NCBI RefSeq assembly: GCF_009914755.1
Contig: NC_060925.1
DNA: 64,000 nucleotides
Source of the DNA: the human T2T-CHM13v2.0 reference genome, Homo sapiens
Strand: one strand, 5' to 3'
A program made the position numbers and the translations under genes. The first letter of the stretch is position 1, and each line of letters opens with the position of its first letter. Below are positions 13,836 through 29,082 of this stretch, piece after piece. The notes beneath the pieces are model-generated. The model ran no database searches and had not been told where the DNA came from. It saw only the letters and a list, made by a program, of their open reading frames with translations.

Positions 13836-15616
13836 AAAATGTAGCCCTATAGAGAGAGTCAAGCACCATTGAACTATATAATGTCAAGCCATATTATGTG
13901 TTATTTTTCTCTATTTGATAGCTCATATTTGGCTTTTAACATTTAAAACAAAATAAAACAGTTTTTATCCAAGTTTACTACTTCCACTGTTAACCATATG
14001 CATCTATAGAGGCAAGTTTTCAGAGATAAATGTCAGACAGTATGCTTTGCTGGCAATACTTTGAATGCTTGGTATTCAAACTACACATAAGGCTACTAAT
14101 CTCTTATGTTGCTATAAAAATACAGAGGCTGTGTTCTGATCAGTTTGCAAGATGGACAGTACATTAGGGCCAGATGGATAGCATCAAGGGGACATATGTT
14201 GTTCATCAAGGAATACAGGTAATTATGTTTCTGGTAAAGTCTTTTAAACAGTTGGAGTTGAGCTTCTGCCCTGTTTTTCCCAACCTGAAGCTCCAAATTT
14301 CACATATAAAAATCTTAACCTTTAAAACTCTTGTAGCAGCTATATAAAAGTTGGTTTTATAAGAGGAATGTCCATAGTCATTAATTGCTGGCAGTGACAT
14401 CTTCTCATAAGTTATATATGCATCTTGTATACAAAGTTGCCTACTAGTAGCACCTAAGCACTTCACAGATATTTGACAAGAAAATCTGCATCATTTCCCT
14501 TTTATTTGTCTTTAGATTTTCACACTTTAAAGACTACTGCATGTTATCAAAATAGAGATAGAAGTTAGTTGGTGAACATAATTAGACCACTCTAACATTA
14601 TCTATGATCTCTTATATTTTTAGAAGAGCCACAAGTTTTTCAGTTTTTGATATTTTAGGACTCTGAAACATTTTTGATAGGTAGAGATGCAGAATAATCT
14701 TTTATTATTATTTCATTCTGTCAACTACTTGAGTACCTACTGTATGCTGGGTACTGTCCAAGATACTTGGGCAAAAGTACTGTGCTCACGTTTTCTTACA
14801 CAGTAATGTTGTTTTTGTAAAGCTCGTAACAGTGCTTCAGGCATGAGATATTGTGACTGGTATACAGATGGTAAAAATGAAGGTGTGAACAATGTTCAGA
14901 TTAAAGGTATATTCATACTGATACTAATCAAATGTCCTATAGTTGTCATTTGAGAAGTTAACATTGGAAAAGCAAGCCAGATACGTAAAAAAGACACACG
15001 CACACCCCAATAATTTATATATTGGAGATATAAAATAGTAGTTATTATCTAATTAGAGAAACTAGGGAGCAGTGCTAAGTCCTACCAAGAAGGACAAGAT
15101 TAAAAAAATCAATACTAAAGCCATTGAACAAATTAGAAATAGGTCTATAGCTTCGTATCTAAAAAATTTATAGATTATAGGCCAAATTTCTGAAATTAAG
15201 AGCACTACAATGAAAATCTAATCTCTTGCTTACCTTAGCAATCAGTTTATGATGCAGTTACTTCAGAAATTGAACATTCTGTTTCACATATAAAAACTAG
15301 GTAAGTAGTCTGTTTTTGTACAATCCTTGTCACCTGCTATCAGAAAGAGAAAAACAATCCTCTTACAACTGTTAAGCTGTAAACTCTTTTAAGTTGGGAG
15401 ATAGAAAATATTTATCTTTTTCACCTCCAAATCTAGAATATGTTGACATATTTTAAGAATTTAATAAGCACTTATTGATTTATAGAAATGTGAAGTTTCA
15501 ATTTCTTTTTAATTCTTCATAATTTGACCAGCCTCCTAGGACCTTTCATATACATAGCTGTAATACCAAGAAGAAGAACAAAATTATCAAATATATGAAG
15601 ATTGCTTAGAGGTAGC

Positions 15617-15697
15617 TCTCTCTCTCTCATCATATATATATATATATATATATGTAAACACATGTATATATAGCCTTATATATGTGTATATATATAT
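15617..15697. repeat. (CT)n followed by (TA)n/(TATG)n simple repeat
   Basis: Directly visible. Confidence 0.85.
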
Positions 15698-15798
15698 TTA
15701 AATTTTTATCGCCAATTTAAGCCAAATAATTTCACACTGCAAGAAAGCACAAGTATTTTATTACTCAGCAGTCTACTCTGTGATCTTCAATATGCTAA

Positions 15799-16156
<358 letters not shown>

Positions 16157-19107
16157 TGTACCCTAAATTTAAAAAAAAAATTGATGAAGACCACCATACA
16201 GAGCACTTTGTTTCTAACAAGAAAAACAATGTGGACATCTCCAAAAAGATGCAGATGTCAGACATTAATAACAACCAGTGTGCATTTCCATGGTCCAGTA
16301 GTTGTTGGTAGCTGATTTCAAGAAAATCACGTTCCTCATACAAACTTCTCAGTGTATCTGTGTAAACTTGACAGTAACTTTAAGCCTTCTTGACAACTAC
16401 TTCCCTTTTCTTTCAGTGGTCAGTCAGCTGTAGTTCAAATAGTATCACAAAGAAAGGTAATTCCCAATTTCTCTCATTCTCTAAACTCAAATGCAGTCAT
16501 TTAGAACAAAGCTAAATGTTGGATCAGAAATGCTAAATCTTCCCAAATGGATATACAATTAGCTGAATAAGTAATTAGAAATGCAGTAGAAAACAGTTAA
16601 TCCATTTCATTTTCGATGTAAAAATCACCTTGACTTTTAAATTGTTCTAGACATTATTGTTTAATAGTGGAGGAGAAGGAATTTCTTCTGTGATAGGAGA
16701 GTAGATTGAGATTACACAATTAAAGATAAAATGAAGACAAATAGCTCAACTTAGGTTAGGACTTATTGCAAGAATGAATGTGACATATGATTATTAATAT
16801 TCAGGGAATTTCACATTACCAATATTTTGCAAAAAAAAATCTAGCAGTAAAAATGGAAATTTCCAGTATATCCTCCTTAATGAGGTAATGGTGTAATGTG
16901 TGTATGAGATACTTCAAAAAGAATTACAAAATCCCCATATATACCTATCACTTTGGTAGATGTATAAGCTCATTTTAAAATCTGTATAAACAAATCACTG
17001 TTCAATTTGGTTAGCTATAAAAGTGGATGTGGTTTAATATATTTGTTGAAATAGAACAGCTTTGCATTCTGTATCTCCAATTTGTTAGATGAAAAGTTTT
17101 GGTCAATTCTCTTAAATATTTGATCGTGAGGTGTAAAATAGGCAGAGATACTTCCTACACATTGTGTCAATCACGCATAAAGAACACAGTATAGTCCAAA
17201 AATAAAAACCTAATGTACTACACTGCTAACATTTCCTTGTACCCTTCTTTGCCATTCCAAACATTTATACATGGCTCATGCTATTTCCATCATCTGCATA
17301 GTATATCTTTCCATCTCATTATTTAAATTTTCCTTGGGAAGTAATGTCGTTTTGCAGTGCTGAATTCTCCTCTGGAAAATATTCACCACCTCCACGCTAC
17401 CGTAACATCCCAGAGGAATCCATTTTTACTTCATTTACCAGATAACACTGAAATTTTCCACTAATGTGTCACCCCTCAACTGGATCTGGAACATCTTAAA
17501 GTCACACATACCGTGTCTTATTTACATTTTTTGTCTCTAGACTTCAGCAATAAAATCTAGTACACTGCAGGTGCTCCTTAATGTTAAGTAAACAATTATC
17601 CTAGGATTGGAAATAGAGCCAGAGTAAAAGACGTAAGCAATGGTTGAATCAACTTTAAGCTTGTATTTTCTCTTTTCCTTTTAGAAAAAATTTTGAAAAA
17701 TAATTTTACCTTAATTTTACTGCTATTCTAAGGAAGAAAAGTATTCACATTAATATTATGACGAAGACCAGGTCTATATTAAGGAACACACTGAATATCG
17801 TTTAAACATTCCACTGTTTTTTTGCTCTGATTCTCTGTAGAGTTCAATACAACCATTCAATTTATGAAAAAAGATAAAATGAGTTGTCATGAACTATCAT
17901 GACAAAATATTTTGAACTATATTATTTATTTTATTTGTATTTATTTTTAATCTTTAAGTCAGTGTCTTACATTCACTTATTTGTTATTCAGGATAAACAA
18001 GGCAAAATAAACAATCAATTATGTTTCTTAAAGAGTATTTACCTCACACATTTTCTTCCAAATAACAATTACAGAAATCATGCTCAGTGATGAAATAATG
18101 AGTCATTTCCATAAATAAAATATTTTTAAATTTGGTATCATAACATAATACAGATACAACAGTTGCTAATCCATAATATTATGGTATTTAATAATGAAGT
18201 GTTATGATGATTTGAGGTTTGCAGCTACATACAATTTGTCCATTAATTTTGATTTATATTTGACTTGTTAATAATCATAAATAAATTGTTGAAATAATAA
18301 AATACTAAGAGCCTCCTCTGTTGCTTTTAGACTATTACTTTACATTCTTTAAAATACATATAAATCACACACGAAAAGGTCAAATCTAAACCCAAATATT
18401 TTTGTTTCCTTTGATATCTCAAACCTGCTGAGTTGAACATAAAACCTATAAATCAGGCTTAGCCCATAGCAGAAAAAATGTCTATAAGTTTTTGTAGAAA
18501 GGACCCTTTTGTTTGAAAAATTGGTACATTCCTAATTGCCCTGCATGTCCTGGCAAAAGATCATACTTTATATAAGAATCTTTGGCATTACTTGCTGGAA
18601 TGTCTTGAACTAAATCAAGAAATCAGCATTGGCAATTTGATTACTGGAACAGAGTGCTCTTCCTAAATATGACAGTGTGTAAACCAGAGACCACATAAAA
18701 CAAATAGATGAAGCAGGTGTGAGACAGACTCAGAATTGGAAGACTGCCCTCTAATCAGCACCACCACGGTTTTATTATCTAACCAGAAACACATTTTGTT
18801 GATATTTAGACTTTCTCCCCCTAGCTTAACTTCTGCCAACTGGATACAGTTCAGTGAACATAATGGCCATGACTATTCCAGTCTCAGGTAACTGATTGGC
18901 GTTATAATCTATTCGGTACCTAAAACTTTTCTCTGCTTACATACAAAGATATTGATGTAGCCATGCTACCTTAGCCATTTCTTAGGCTCTTTATACAGAA
19001 CAGTCTAGAAATACATGACTTTTTTTTTAGAAAGAACTTGTTTTTAAAAAAGAATTGAGATAATAATCAGAGAAATAAAATGTAATCATTAATTTGCTTT
19101 TCCTGAA

Positions 19108-19521
19108 TGTCTTAGTCCATTTGTGTTACTATAGAGGAATACCTGAGTCTGGCAGTTTATAATGAAAAGAGGCTAATTTCACTCACCATTTTGCAAGTTG
19201 TACAAGAAACATGGTGCCAGCATCTCCTTCTGGTTGAAGACCTCAAGAAGCTTCCAGTGGAAGGCAAAGGGGAGCCTGTGCGGACAGATCACATGGCCAG
19301 AGAGGGAGGAAGAGAGAAGGTGCCAAACTCTTTTTTCACAACCAGATCTTATGGAAACTACAAGTGAGAACTCACTCACTACTGGGAGGACAACACTAAG
19401 TCATTCATGAGGGATTTGCCTCTATGGCGCAACCACCTCTTGCCAGGGCCTAACTTCAGCATTGGGTGGGAATAACATTTCAACATGAGACTTGGAGAGA
19501 ACAAATATCCAAATTATATCA
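19108..19521 (-). mobile_element. MSTB-type MaLR solo LTR
   Basis: Termini 'tgtcttagtcc' and 'aaattatatca'; perfect 5-bp TSD ctgaa at 19103-19107 and 19522-19526. Confidence 0.9.
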
Positions 19522-20897
19522 CTGAAGTAATGAGTTCAAACCAAGGAGTTTATAAATTAATGTCTATGAAACAGTCATGGATTATAAAAGCCTTAATAGA
19601 TATTGAAGGGATAGGAATTATATCTACACAAGAAGCCACAAAAAATATGTTGGCTGTGATCATTTATATCTCTGAGTTGGATGTTGTAAAAAAAAATAGT
19701 AAAAAGAGGCTTCCATGGCTCTTCATCTCATCATATATTCAACAGATATATTCAATTCTCCATAAGCATGCTTCTTTTTTAGGCCATAGAAACACTTACG
19801 CTATCTCTCGTATACAAAGATGATTTACTCAGCGTGCTGTAGCATTTTGCAATTGTTTCTTTTATTTTCTCTTTCCGTAATAGAGATTGATTCATACAGA
19901 ATTGTTTTTGAATGACAAAAAGAAGTAACAGTGATCGAGAAAAAAGCAGATTTGAATCAATACATAATAATCACCTTGGAAAATATTTTCTTTATATGTG
20001 GCAGGTGATGGATTATTTCTATGGTCATTTTCAATGAAGTCTCTGCACTGGGTAAAAATGACAAAATGCACTTAGTAAAAATATAAAGTTCATTGAGTTT
20101 TGACAAATGTATAAAATTGAGTAAGGCAAGTTTCATCTAAGCTATTCCCTGCAAAAATTTCTTCATAATACTTTGCAGGAAATCTCCTCAAACATCACCA
20201 GTCCAGGCAACCACTAGATTCGACAATTAGCACTATAGATTAGATTTCACTACTCTAGTACTTTATATAAACAGAATAATAGAGAATGTGTTATTTTTAT
20301 GTCTGTTTTGACTTATCTTAATGTCTTTATGTTGTGTATATTAGTAGGTTTTTCTCATTTCACTGAAAATTATTTCATTTCTCAACATTTCAAAATTTGT
20401 TTATCCATTCAACAGTTTGTAAATATTTAGTTTTTCATTATTGTATTATAAATAATATTCATAAGAAAATTTGTTTAAAAGATTTTTATGAATGTATTTT
20501 TGGTATTTTTCTTGGATCATTATTTAGGAGCTTAATTGCTAGGTCATTATGTTAAGTATATATTTAATTTGTAAGAGACCGTCAAATGTTTTTCAAAGTG
20601 GTTACAAAGTTTTACAGTCTCACTAGTAAAATGTGACAGGCTTTTTATCTTCACATCTTTGCTAACACTTCATATTCTAAGGCATTGTAGTTTTAGTAAT
20701 TCTGCAGTGTATAAAATGGTGTCTCATGATTTGAGTTTGAATTTCCATGATGTTTAAAGATATTGAGCATCAATTTATTTATTTATTGGGTAGCTATAAA
20801 TGTTTATAATTTGTGTATTCATATAGTTTGCCTATTTCTGTTGGGTTGTCTGCTGCATTATTAATTATTTGTAAGAGTTTTATATATTTTTTATAGC

Positions 20898-20904
20898 TAC
20901 ACAT

Positions 20905-20937
<33 letters not shown>
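20898..20937. repeat. (CA)n microsatellite, interrupted
   Basis: Directly visible. Confidence 0.9.
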
Positions 20938-20941
<4 letters not shown>

Positions 20942-21250
20942 GTGCTCTACCAGCCTGTTGCTTGCCTTCTCAGTTTTAACAATATCATTGAAGAAAGATT
21001 TAATTTTAATTTTGGTTAACTCCTGCTTTCGAACTTTGTATTTTATAATCGCTGTTTTTTATTACCTGTTCCAAGATCATTAATATTTTCTTTTATTTTT
21101 CCTCCAGAAATTTTGTAATTTTGTCTTACTATTTATATCTCTAATCCACTTTTATTTCGTTTTGTGCATGGTTTGAGGTAGGCTTTAAATTAATCGATTT
21201 TTTTTTTTACTGAATTACCTTGACATCTTCGTTAAAAATTATTTGAACCA

Positions 21251-21521
21251 GGCCGGGCGTGGTGGCTCTCGCCTGTAATCCCAGAATTTTGGGAGGCCGA
21301 GGCGGGCGGATCACGAGGTCAGGAGTTCGAGACCAGCCTGACCAACATGGTGAAACCCCGTCTCTACTAAAAATACAAAAATTAGCCAGGCGTGATGGCG
21401 GGCGCTTGTGATCCCAGATACTCAGGAGGCTGAGGCAGGGGAATCGCTTGAACCTGGGAGGCGGAGTTGCTGTGAGCAGAGATCGCGCCACTGCACTCCA
21501 GTCTGGGCAACAGAGTGAGTC
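21251..21521 (+). mobile_element. AluSg-like element lacking a poly-A tail
   Basis: 'ggatcacgaggtcaggagttcgagaccagcctg'; ends at 'cagagtgagtc' and runs straight into L1 sequence. Confidence 0.9.
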
Positions 21522-23507
21522 TTTGAAACTATGTATGTGGGTCATTTTATGTACTTTGTATTCTTTTCCACTGATTTATATGAAAATTCTTATGCCAATG
21601 TACACTCTCTTGGTTGCTGTACCTTTACAGTAAAAATTGAAATCAGATAGCTTTCTTCTTCATCTTGAAAATTGCTGTGACTATTCTGGCACTTTTGCAT
21701 TTAGATAACATTTAGAACTAGTATAATAATTTTTACAAAATATGAGCTGGGATTTTCATTGCTATTTCACTGATGTATAGATCATCTTGGGAAAACTCTC
21801 GTCTTAACAATACTGAGACTCTCAACCCGTTGACATAATGTATCTGGTTGGACTTTTAATATTTCTTTCAGCAACATTTTGTAACTTCCAGCGTATGTCT
21901 CACAAATATTTTGTTAAATTTATAAGTTATCCTTAGGTATATTTTCCTGTTATTGTAAAACTAACGCATATTAGAATTTTGTTTTATAATAATTCACTGC
22001 TAATGCCTAGAAATTGTACCTTTTCTTATTTTAACCTTATTTTTTACAAAACTGCTGTTAGCTTATTAATTTCAGTTTTTCATAAAATACTTAAAATATG
22101 TTATTTACATGATCATATTGTCTAAAATAAAGGGAAGAAAATTATTCTAATTCTGCTCCAAACTTTCTTTTTCTTGCTTTCTTGCACTGGCTAGGACCTC
22201 CAGTAGAAAATAGAATGGAAGTGGTAAGAATATATATCCTCGCAGTTGTTCTGTTTTGGGAGGTTAATTTTTCAGTCTTTCACCATTAAGTTACAATATG
22301 AACTGAAGATTGTTCAGGGATACTACTTAGATTGTGGAGGAAATCTCTCATTACTTTCCTGAGAGCTTTTACTAAGCATGAATGTTGAATTTTGTTTTTA
22401 AAAATGCTTTTTATGCATCTATTTATATGAGCATATAATTTACCTCTTTTAGTTTGCTAATAAGGTAAGTTATATTATTTTAATGTTAAACCAACTGGAC
22501 AAATAAATCCATTGTCATTGTAGCGATTATCTTTGCTATATATTGCTAGATTCAATTAGTTAAAATTTTTTGAGAGTGTTTTTAACTAATTCATGAAATA
22601 TATTAGTGTGCAATTTTCTTGTAACAGCTTTGTTTAGTTTTGGTATCTGGATAATCCCGACCTTATGAAATGAATTAGGAAGTGTACCCTTTTCTTTCCT
22701 GAAAGAATTTGTATAACATCAGTCCTATTTCTTCTTTAAATATTTGATGGAATTATCCAGCGAAGCGATCTGTGCCTAGTGTTTTTCTTGTAGAAAAAAT
22801 CTCATCCATAATTCAATTTATTAATTCTCATAAACCTATTCAGATTTTTAAATTTCTTCTTGTTTCAGTTTTGATAACTTGTAAGTTTCATATTATTTGT
22901 CCATTTCTTCTAAGTTGTAGAATATATTTGGTATAAAATTTTTACATTTCTTTTTATTCTTCTGAGATCTTTAGTAAACATGGTGATGTCTCCATTTGCA
23001 TTCCTAATAGTGATATTTTGGTTTCCTTCTACTTTTACATGATTGGTAAAGCTAGACTTTTATTAATTTTATTGACCTTTCAGAAGAAGCAATTTTGGTT
23101 TCAACAATTTTATTTTAGTCTGTTCTGGAATCCAGGAAAATATATAAAGTGACAGATGAACATATATTTTTCCTCTCAGATGGAAACATAAATGGTTCTG
23201 AAGACTCAAAGGCCTATTTTGCTTCCAGGGACATAAATTTCTAACTGTAGTTCAGCCTTGCTCAGAAGGTGGAAAATAAATGCCATCACTACAGCTGTCT
23301 GCCTAAATGACTAAGAGTACATTTTGTCAGGTCATCCCTAGTTGGTCTGTGTGATTGCATGGACTGTGAAACTACCTCTATAGTGACCTCATCAGACTGT
23401 CTGGAGAAATTTCATGTGTTAATTTGTAAAACTCTGCTCTTCAGTACTCCTTTCATCTAATAGGCTTAATTGATCAGACACACCTGTATGCTTGCTTCTA
23501 TGCAGGA

Positions 23508-23950
23508 TGTAGTAGTCAGGGTTCTCCAGAGAAACGAAACCAGTAGGTAATATGGATATATATGAATAAATAGGTTTATTATTAGGAATTGGCCTATAGG
23601 ATTATGAAAATTGCCAAGTTCAAAATCTCTAGACTCAATGCCCCAGTTCAAGTCCAAAGGCCAGAAACGGCTGCAGAGTGAGGAAGAATTGATATCTCAG
23701 AAGACTGTCCAGCAGGAAGAGTCCTCTCTTACCAGGGGGTGGGATTAGTCCTTTGTTTTATTCATACCTTCAACTGATTGGATGAGGATCACCCACATTA
23801 AGGAGAGAAATCTGCTTTATTCATTCTGCTAATTTAACTGTTGACTTCATCCAAAAATACCCTTACAGAAACACCCAGAATAATTTTTGATCCAAATATC
23901 TGAGAACTCCATGGCCTAGTAAAGTTGACACATGAAAAGTCACCATCACA
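23508..23950 (-). mobile_element. MLT2-family ERVL solo LTR
   Basis: 'tgtagtagtcagggttctccagagaaac', 'caactgattggatgaggatcacccacatt', and end 'gttgacacatgaaaagtcaccatcaca'. Confidence 0.85.
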
Positions 23951-24779
23951 GAGGCTGAAGACGGCAAAGAGAAAGAAAATCCCATTCTTAATTAGATATT
24001 GTCTGTAATTCACGAATTGCAGTTGCGTATCTGGGCAGTCTTCACACCTTGTAGTATACCCGCCAAATATATCTTGTGAATGTTTGGTAAATAAGTCACA
24101 GCATAAAGTAAAGGGGCTGCACTCTGGCAACACAGCAGAGCTGTACAAACCTGAAACCAGATTCAACCAGGATTTAATGTGCCACTAAGTATGACCTCTG
24201 TGACTTAGTGCACATGATATAACTTCCCTGACTCACATATGTACTAAATTATACCTATCTTGCAAGTATCCCAGAAGGGCTTTTGAAGTGCTTAGCACAA
24301 TGTCTTACACAGTGTAGGCCACTTGAATACCGCAGAAAAAAATTCCTTACTGGTGTTTTGCATTTATCCAAGCCTCTCAACAAGCCATTTCCAAAGCAAA
24401 ACCACAGCAGTCTTTTGAAGATCCACATCAGATCATAGCATTCCTCTGCTTCTCTGCTTCCTTAAATGGCTTTTATTAGAATCAAATCATACACCTTGGA
24501 TTAGATGCAGTAGAATTTGATCTGTCCTAACTCTCTAACCTCATTCTGCTTTTTTTCTCCACTACCTTCTATCCACCTTGATCTGCCTATTTCTTCAAAA
24601 GTCAAAGCACGCCCCACCAAAGGTTCTTGAAATGTCTGTTGTCTCTGCTGGTCATGCTTTTCCCCCTTGTCTTTCTGGGTGACCCTTTCTTGTCATTCAG
24701 ATTTCACCTCAAATATCATCTTCCCAAAAAGCCTTTTCATCATGATTCTACAGTAGCACGTATTTGAATAAAGAAATGA

Positions 24780-25104
<325 letters not shown>

Positions 25105-26661
25105 TTATTTCAGGTCACCTAATACTTTACCTCACTTTCTCTATTAATATCCATTCGTACACAATCCATAATATCCATTAGTACATAACTCCTCCTTCTC
25201 TATTAATATCCATTAGTACATAATCACAGGGTTCTGTTGATTCAAACTGCTAAATGAAAGTAAGCTTATTTTTAAAGAGTTTAAAATCCTCAGATTTTAA
25301 GAATACTTTGTAAAGCAATTGAGTTCCTTTAATCTTAAGTGAAAGCAGCTACATGTTCCAATATTGTACTTTCAAATTATTGGTTTAACTACCCGTGACC
25401 ATTTTGTTGAATTATGTTTTCTTTTCTATAGATTTTTCTCATTGTTCAGATGAATGGCTCAACAAAAGTGTATCTCTTAATTTAGAAATCTTATCTTAGG
25501 CCTCTGTAATCAATCAACTGCCATGCACAGTTCCCTAAATGTTTCTTTTTCTTGCCTGAGTAGATATTTAAATTTCCTTTTAGAAATCACTAGGGTAAAA
25601 AGCTAGCAAGTATCTTAGCAATTTCAGGAGGTTACATGAATAACATTTTAATATTTTGAAAATGTAGAATAAAGACAGGATAGTTAACCAGAAAGTTACT
25701 TTTTGTGGTGTAAAACTTGGAACTTTGAAATTGGAAATGGAAAATAGCTTTAAAGCCAGCATTCCTATTTTTCTTGCCCCTAGGAGAAAAGAGCTCAGCC
25801 TTATTTTAAATTAATTCTGTGATACTATTTCCCATTAGAAATTTTAAGTTTGACTTATTCTAAAACTTTCTCTCAGCTCTAGTGGTCATATTTTCTTAAT
25901 CATGATGGGAAAAATATATTTCCATAAGGTGCTTTAATGTTTGAGCTGAGGTCTTAAACTGACATCCTTTTCACATGAACCAAAAATACTGTGTGTAGTC
26001 ATCAGATGGTAGAATGGTAATAAAGATTCTAGTAATAATTACTTCTAATCAAACCAAACAGTAAAGCAAATCTACATTTCAGGTAAACTAGAATGCAGTA
26101 ATTGTTGGATTTATGTCTATGTTCTTAATCTCTAGGTAGATAATTTTGTATACTTTGATTCTAAATTTAGGAGGTAGTGATTATCAGAATGACTATGACA
26201 TTTGAGTATCTACAGAGTGTAGAAATAACTCATTCTAAATCAGAATTACATGACAAAATTATTTATTCTGTCTCTGCATATAGCCATATAATCCTTCCAA
26301 ACCCAAATCATATGCATACCTTCCTTGCTCTCTATAAAATATATTGTGTTCTTAAAGTTATAAGAGAAATTCAGTTTTATTGTGAAATGTTTAGAAAAGC
26401 ATAAAGAAGAAAATTAAAATAGCAAATAATTTCACCAGAGAGAGAGAGAGCAGGGCAATTAATACCCTGATGTATTTTATGTCATTTATTCTCTGTGTTT
26501 AATTAAGAATTTTGCTGCTTCTGAGCAGTTATTCACAAGTCCACCAATGTGTATATGGGACTCCTCTTTGCAGGCCTCAGAAAGGCTCTACCAAATATAC
26601 TATTCAGCAAAGAGGATTTTATTTAAAAATGGAGAGAGATTAGAGAGTTTACATCATTTAG

Positions 26662-27001
<340 letters not shown>

Positions 27002-27619
27002 TTTTTAATCTTTTTTTCTGGGGGAATGGATACAGAAGATTTCAAGGTCCAGAAATCTTAATGATGCAACAGCACATTGGTGCAAGCAGCAATCCATGTT
27101 CTCTCCCTTATACATTATAATTTTCTCACCAATATAGGATGTTCTGAGGTATATTCAGCTCAAAATTAGTTAGTTGAGCTATCAATTTACATTATATTTT
27201 AAATACTGGGAAACACCTGGTTAAATGCTTGTTTTTGATTTTGTAACACTGAGTAATTCAGAGCTTTTAATTATTACGTAGGCATTGTGGATCTATAAGA
27301 GGGAGATACAGTACAAAGAACTTGGCAAAATGTTTAATTAATTAATGAAATATATGTGATTTCCTATGAAATAATTTTATAAGACTAGCGTTTTGTGAAA
27401 CTTGCTTTGAGAAACTCTGCCTTTCCAATCTCAGCCTGCAGGATGAAGAGACACATGATTTGCTGTCTAAAATACAGCAGGCAAAATTTCTGCTAAATAT
27501 TGTGCCTATCATGGATCTAGGGTTATTCAGACTGTTATATATATATTCTCGTTACCCATTACCGAATCACTAAATGATTCTCATATATTTTGTATTCTTG
27601 TTACAATATATTCAATCTA

Positions 27620-28405
27620 TTAATCAGTATATGCTAAAGTATGCTGCAGTAAGAAATGCTCCATTAACAATGATCAAAATCTCAGTGACATAACCAAGTA
27701 GAAGTTAATTTTTAACTTATATCAAAGTCTTAGTTGAATCAGGCTGCTCTCCTTGGCAGCTCTTATCCAATGGATGGCTCGGGGTATTCTTATCTGGAAT
27801 GGTCTGCCATTTATTTTGTGCCTCGTAGTAAACATATGTCATTGTTCTTAGTTTCCAACATATAAAGCTCCCACTTGGTTGAGAATGTCTCTCTTTTTGA
27901 GTATTTGTGAGAGACAGTTATTTTCTACTATAAATTACAAAATGGTAAATACTCATTTTTGTAGACTTTCTTAAAAGTAATGCATAAGCATTTGACCTAG
28001 GATGCAACAATAGTAATCAGGCTTATTTGCACATGACTACTGAATCAGGGAATCAGGAATGCAAATAATTCTAGGGATGGTACTAATTGCAACAAGATAG
28101 AATCCAGTCCACAGGCAATAATGGCAGATGTACTAGTTGCAGCATTCAGGCTTCCCTAATAACAGTGTTGAGCATTTCCACAGCAGTAGCTAGTACTTGG
28201 AAGGGCCATGGCAGATTACTGTCTGGAGCAGTTCTCAATTTGAATCTGGACAGCTTTCCTTTTTGCCATGCCTGTTCTACAACCATTTGGGTGACTCAAT
28301 AAGCTATCCATATCCTTTTAGTGAATTAATAATTTTCTTTTATAGTAAAATCACTCAGATATACTTTTTTTTTTTTTTTGCTTTTAACTAAACTCTGACT
28401 GATAT
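27620..28405. mobile_element. Very old ERVL/MaLR LTR remnants (LTR33-like ~27620-27830; LTR16-like ending ~28405)
   Basis: 'tatgctgcagtaa...aaatctcagtgacataa' and the LTR-end-like 'ttgcttttaactaaactctgactgata'. Confidence 0.4.
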
Positions 28406-28762
28406 CTGGCACTAACATGTATCTAATCACTTTAACCTGCTTATCTCAGATGAGAATAACTGGACATCAAACATAAAATCCTCATGTAATACTAGGTAGT
28501 TAAATTGTGTTGTGATGGAAATAATGGGTTATTATAGTGACATTTAATGAGAACTGACCTTTTTGTGAAGATACAGACTCCTTTATGAAACGGTCCTTGA
28601 TTTTAAGACCAAACAAGTAAGTTGAGGGTTTTGGTAAGACGAAAGACTATATCAAGTGTCTTCTTTGATTTCTCTTCTTCTGTAAATGGCCACCTATTTA
28701 AGAGCACAGATCTCACAAATCTATCATTTAATGACTCCCATGAAGTTTAAGAATGAAATTAG

Positions 28763-29082
28763 GGCTGGGTGTGGTGGCTCACGCCTGTAATCCCTGTAAG
28801 TTAACAAGCCTGTAAACTTTGGGAGGCCGAGGCGGGCAGATAAGGAGGTCAGGAAATCGAGTCCATCCTGACTAACATAGTGAAACCCCGTCTCTACTAA
28901 AAATACAAAAATACTAGCCAGGCGTGGTGGCGGGTGCCTGTAGTCCCAGCTATTCAGGAGGCTGAGGCAGGAGAATGACGTGAACCTGGGAGGCAGAGCT
29001 TGTGGTGAGCCGAGATCGTGCCACTGCACTCCAGCCTGGGCAACAGAGCGAGATTCCATCTCAAAAAAAAAAAAAAAAAAAA
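28763..29082 (+). mobile_element. AluY/Sc8-like element with a local rearrangement in the left arm
   Basis: Alu dimer with A-tail; imperfect TSD aagaatgaaattag / aagaaagaaatcag; extra bases at ~28794-28815. Confidence 0.88.

Larger units (their letters stand above)
20060..23120 (-). mobile_element. Old L1M (L1MD/ME-type) 3'UTR plus ORF2 fragment, interrupted by an Alu
   Basis: T-rich strand with L1 ORF2 reverse motifs ('gtcaaatgtttttcaaagtggtt', 'tcttgcactggctaggacctccagta', 'tcagtctttcaccattaag'). Confidence 0.8.

Noticed and set aside
14096-14466. ORFs in unique sequence as host exons (also 16077-16343 and 19485-19823)
   Set aside because: No recognisable protein similarity, and their lengths are expected by chance; some begin or end inside repeats.
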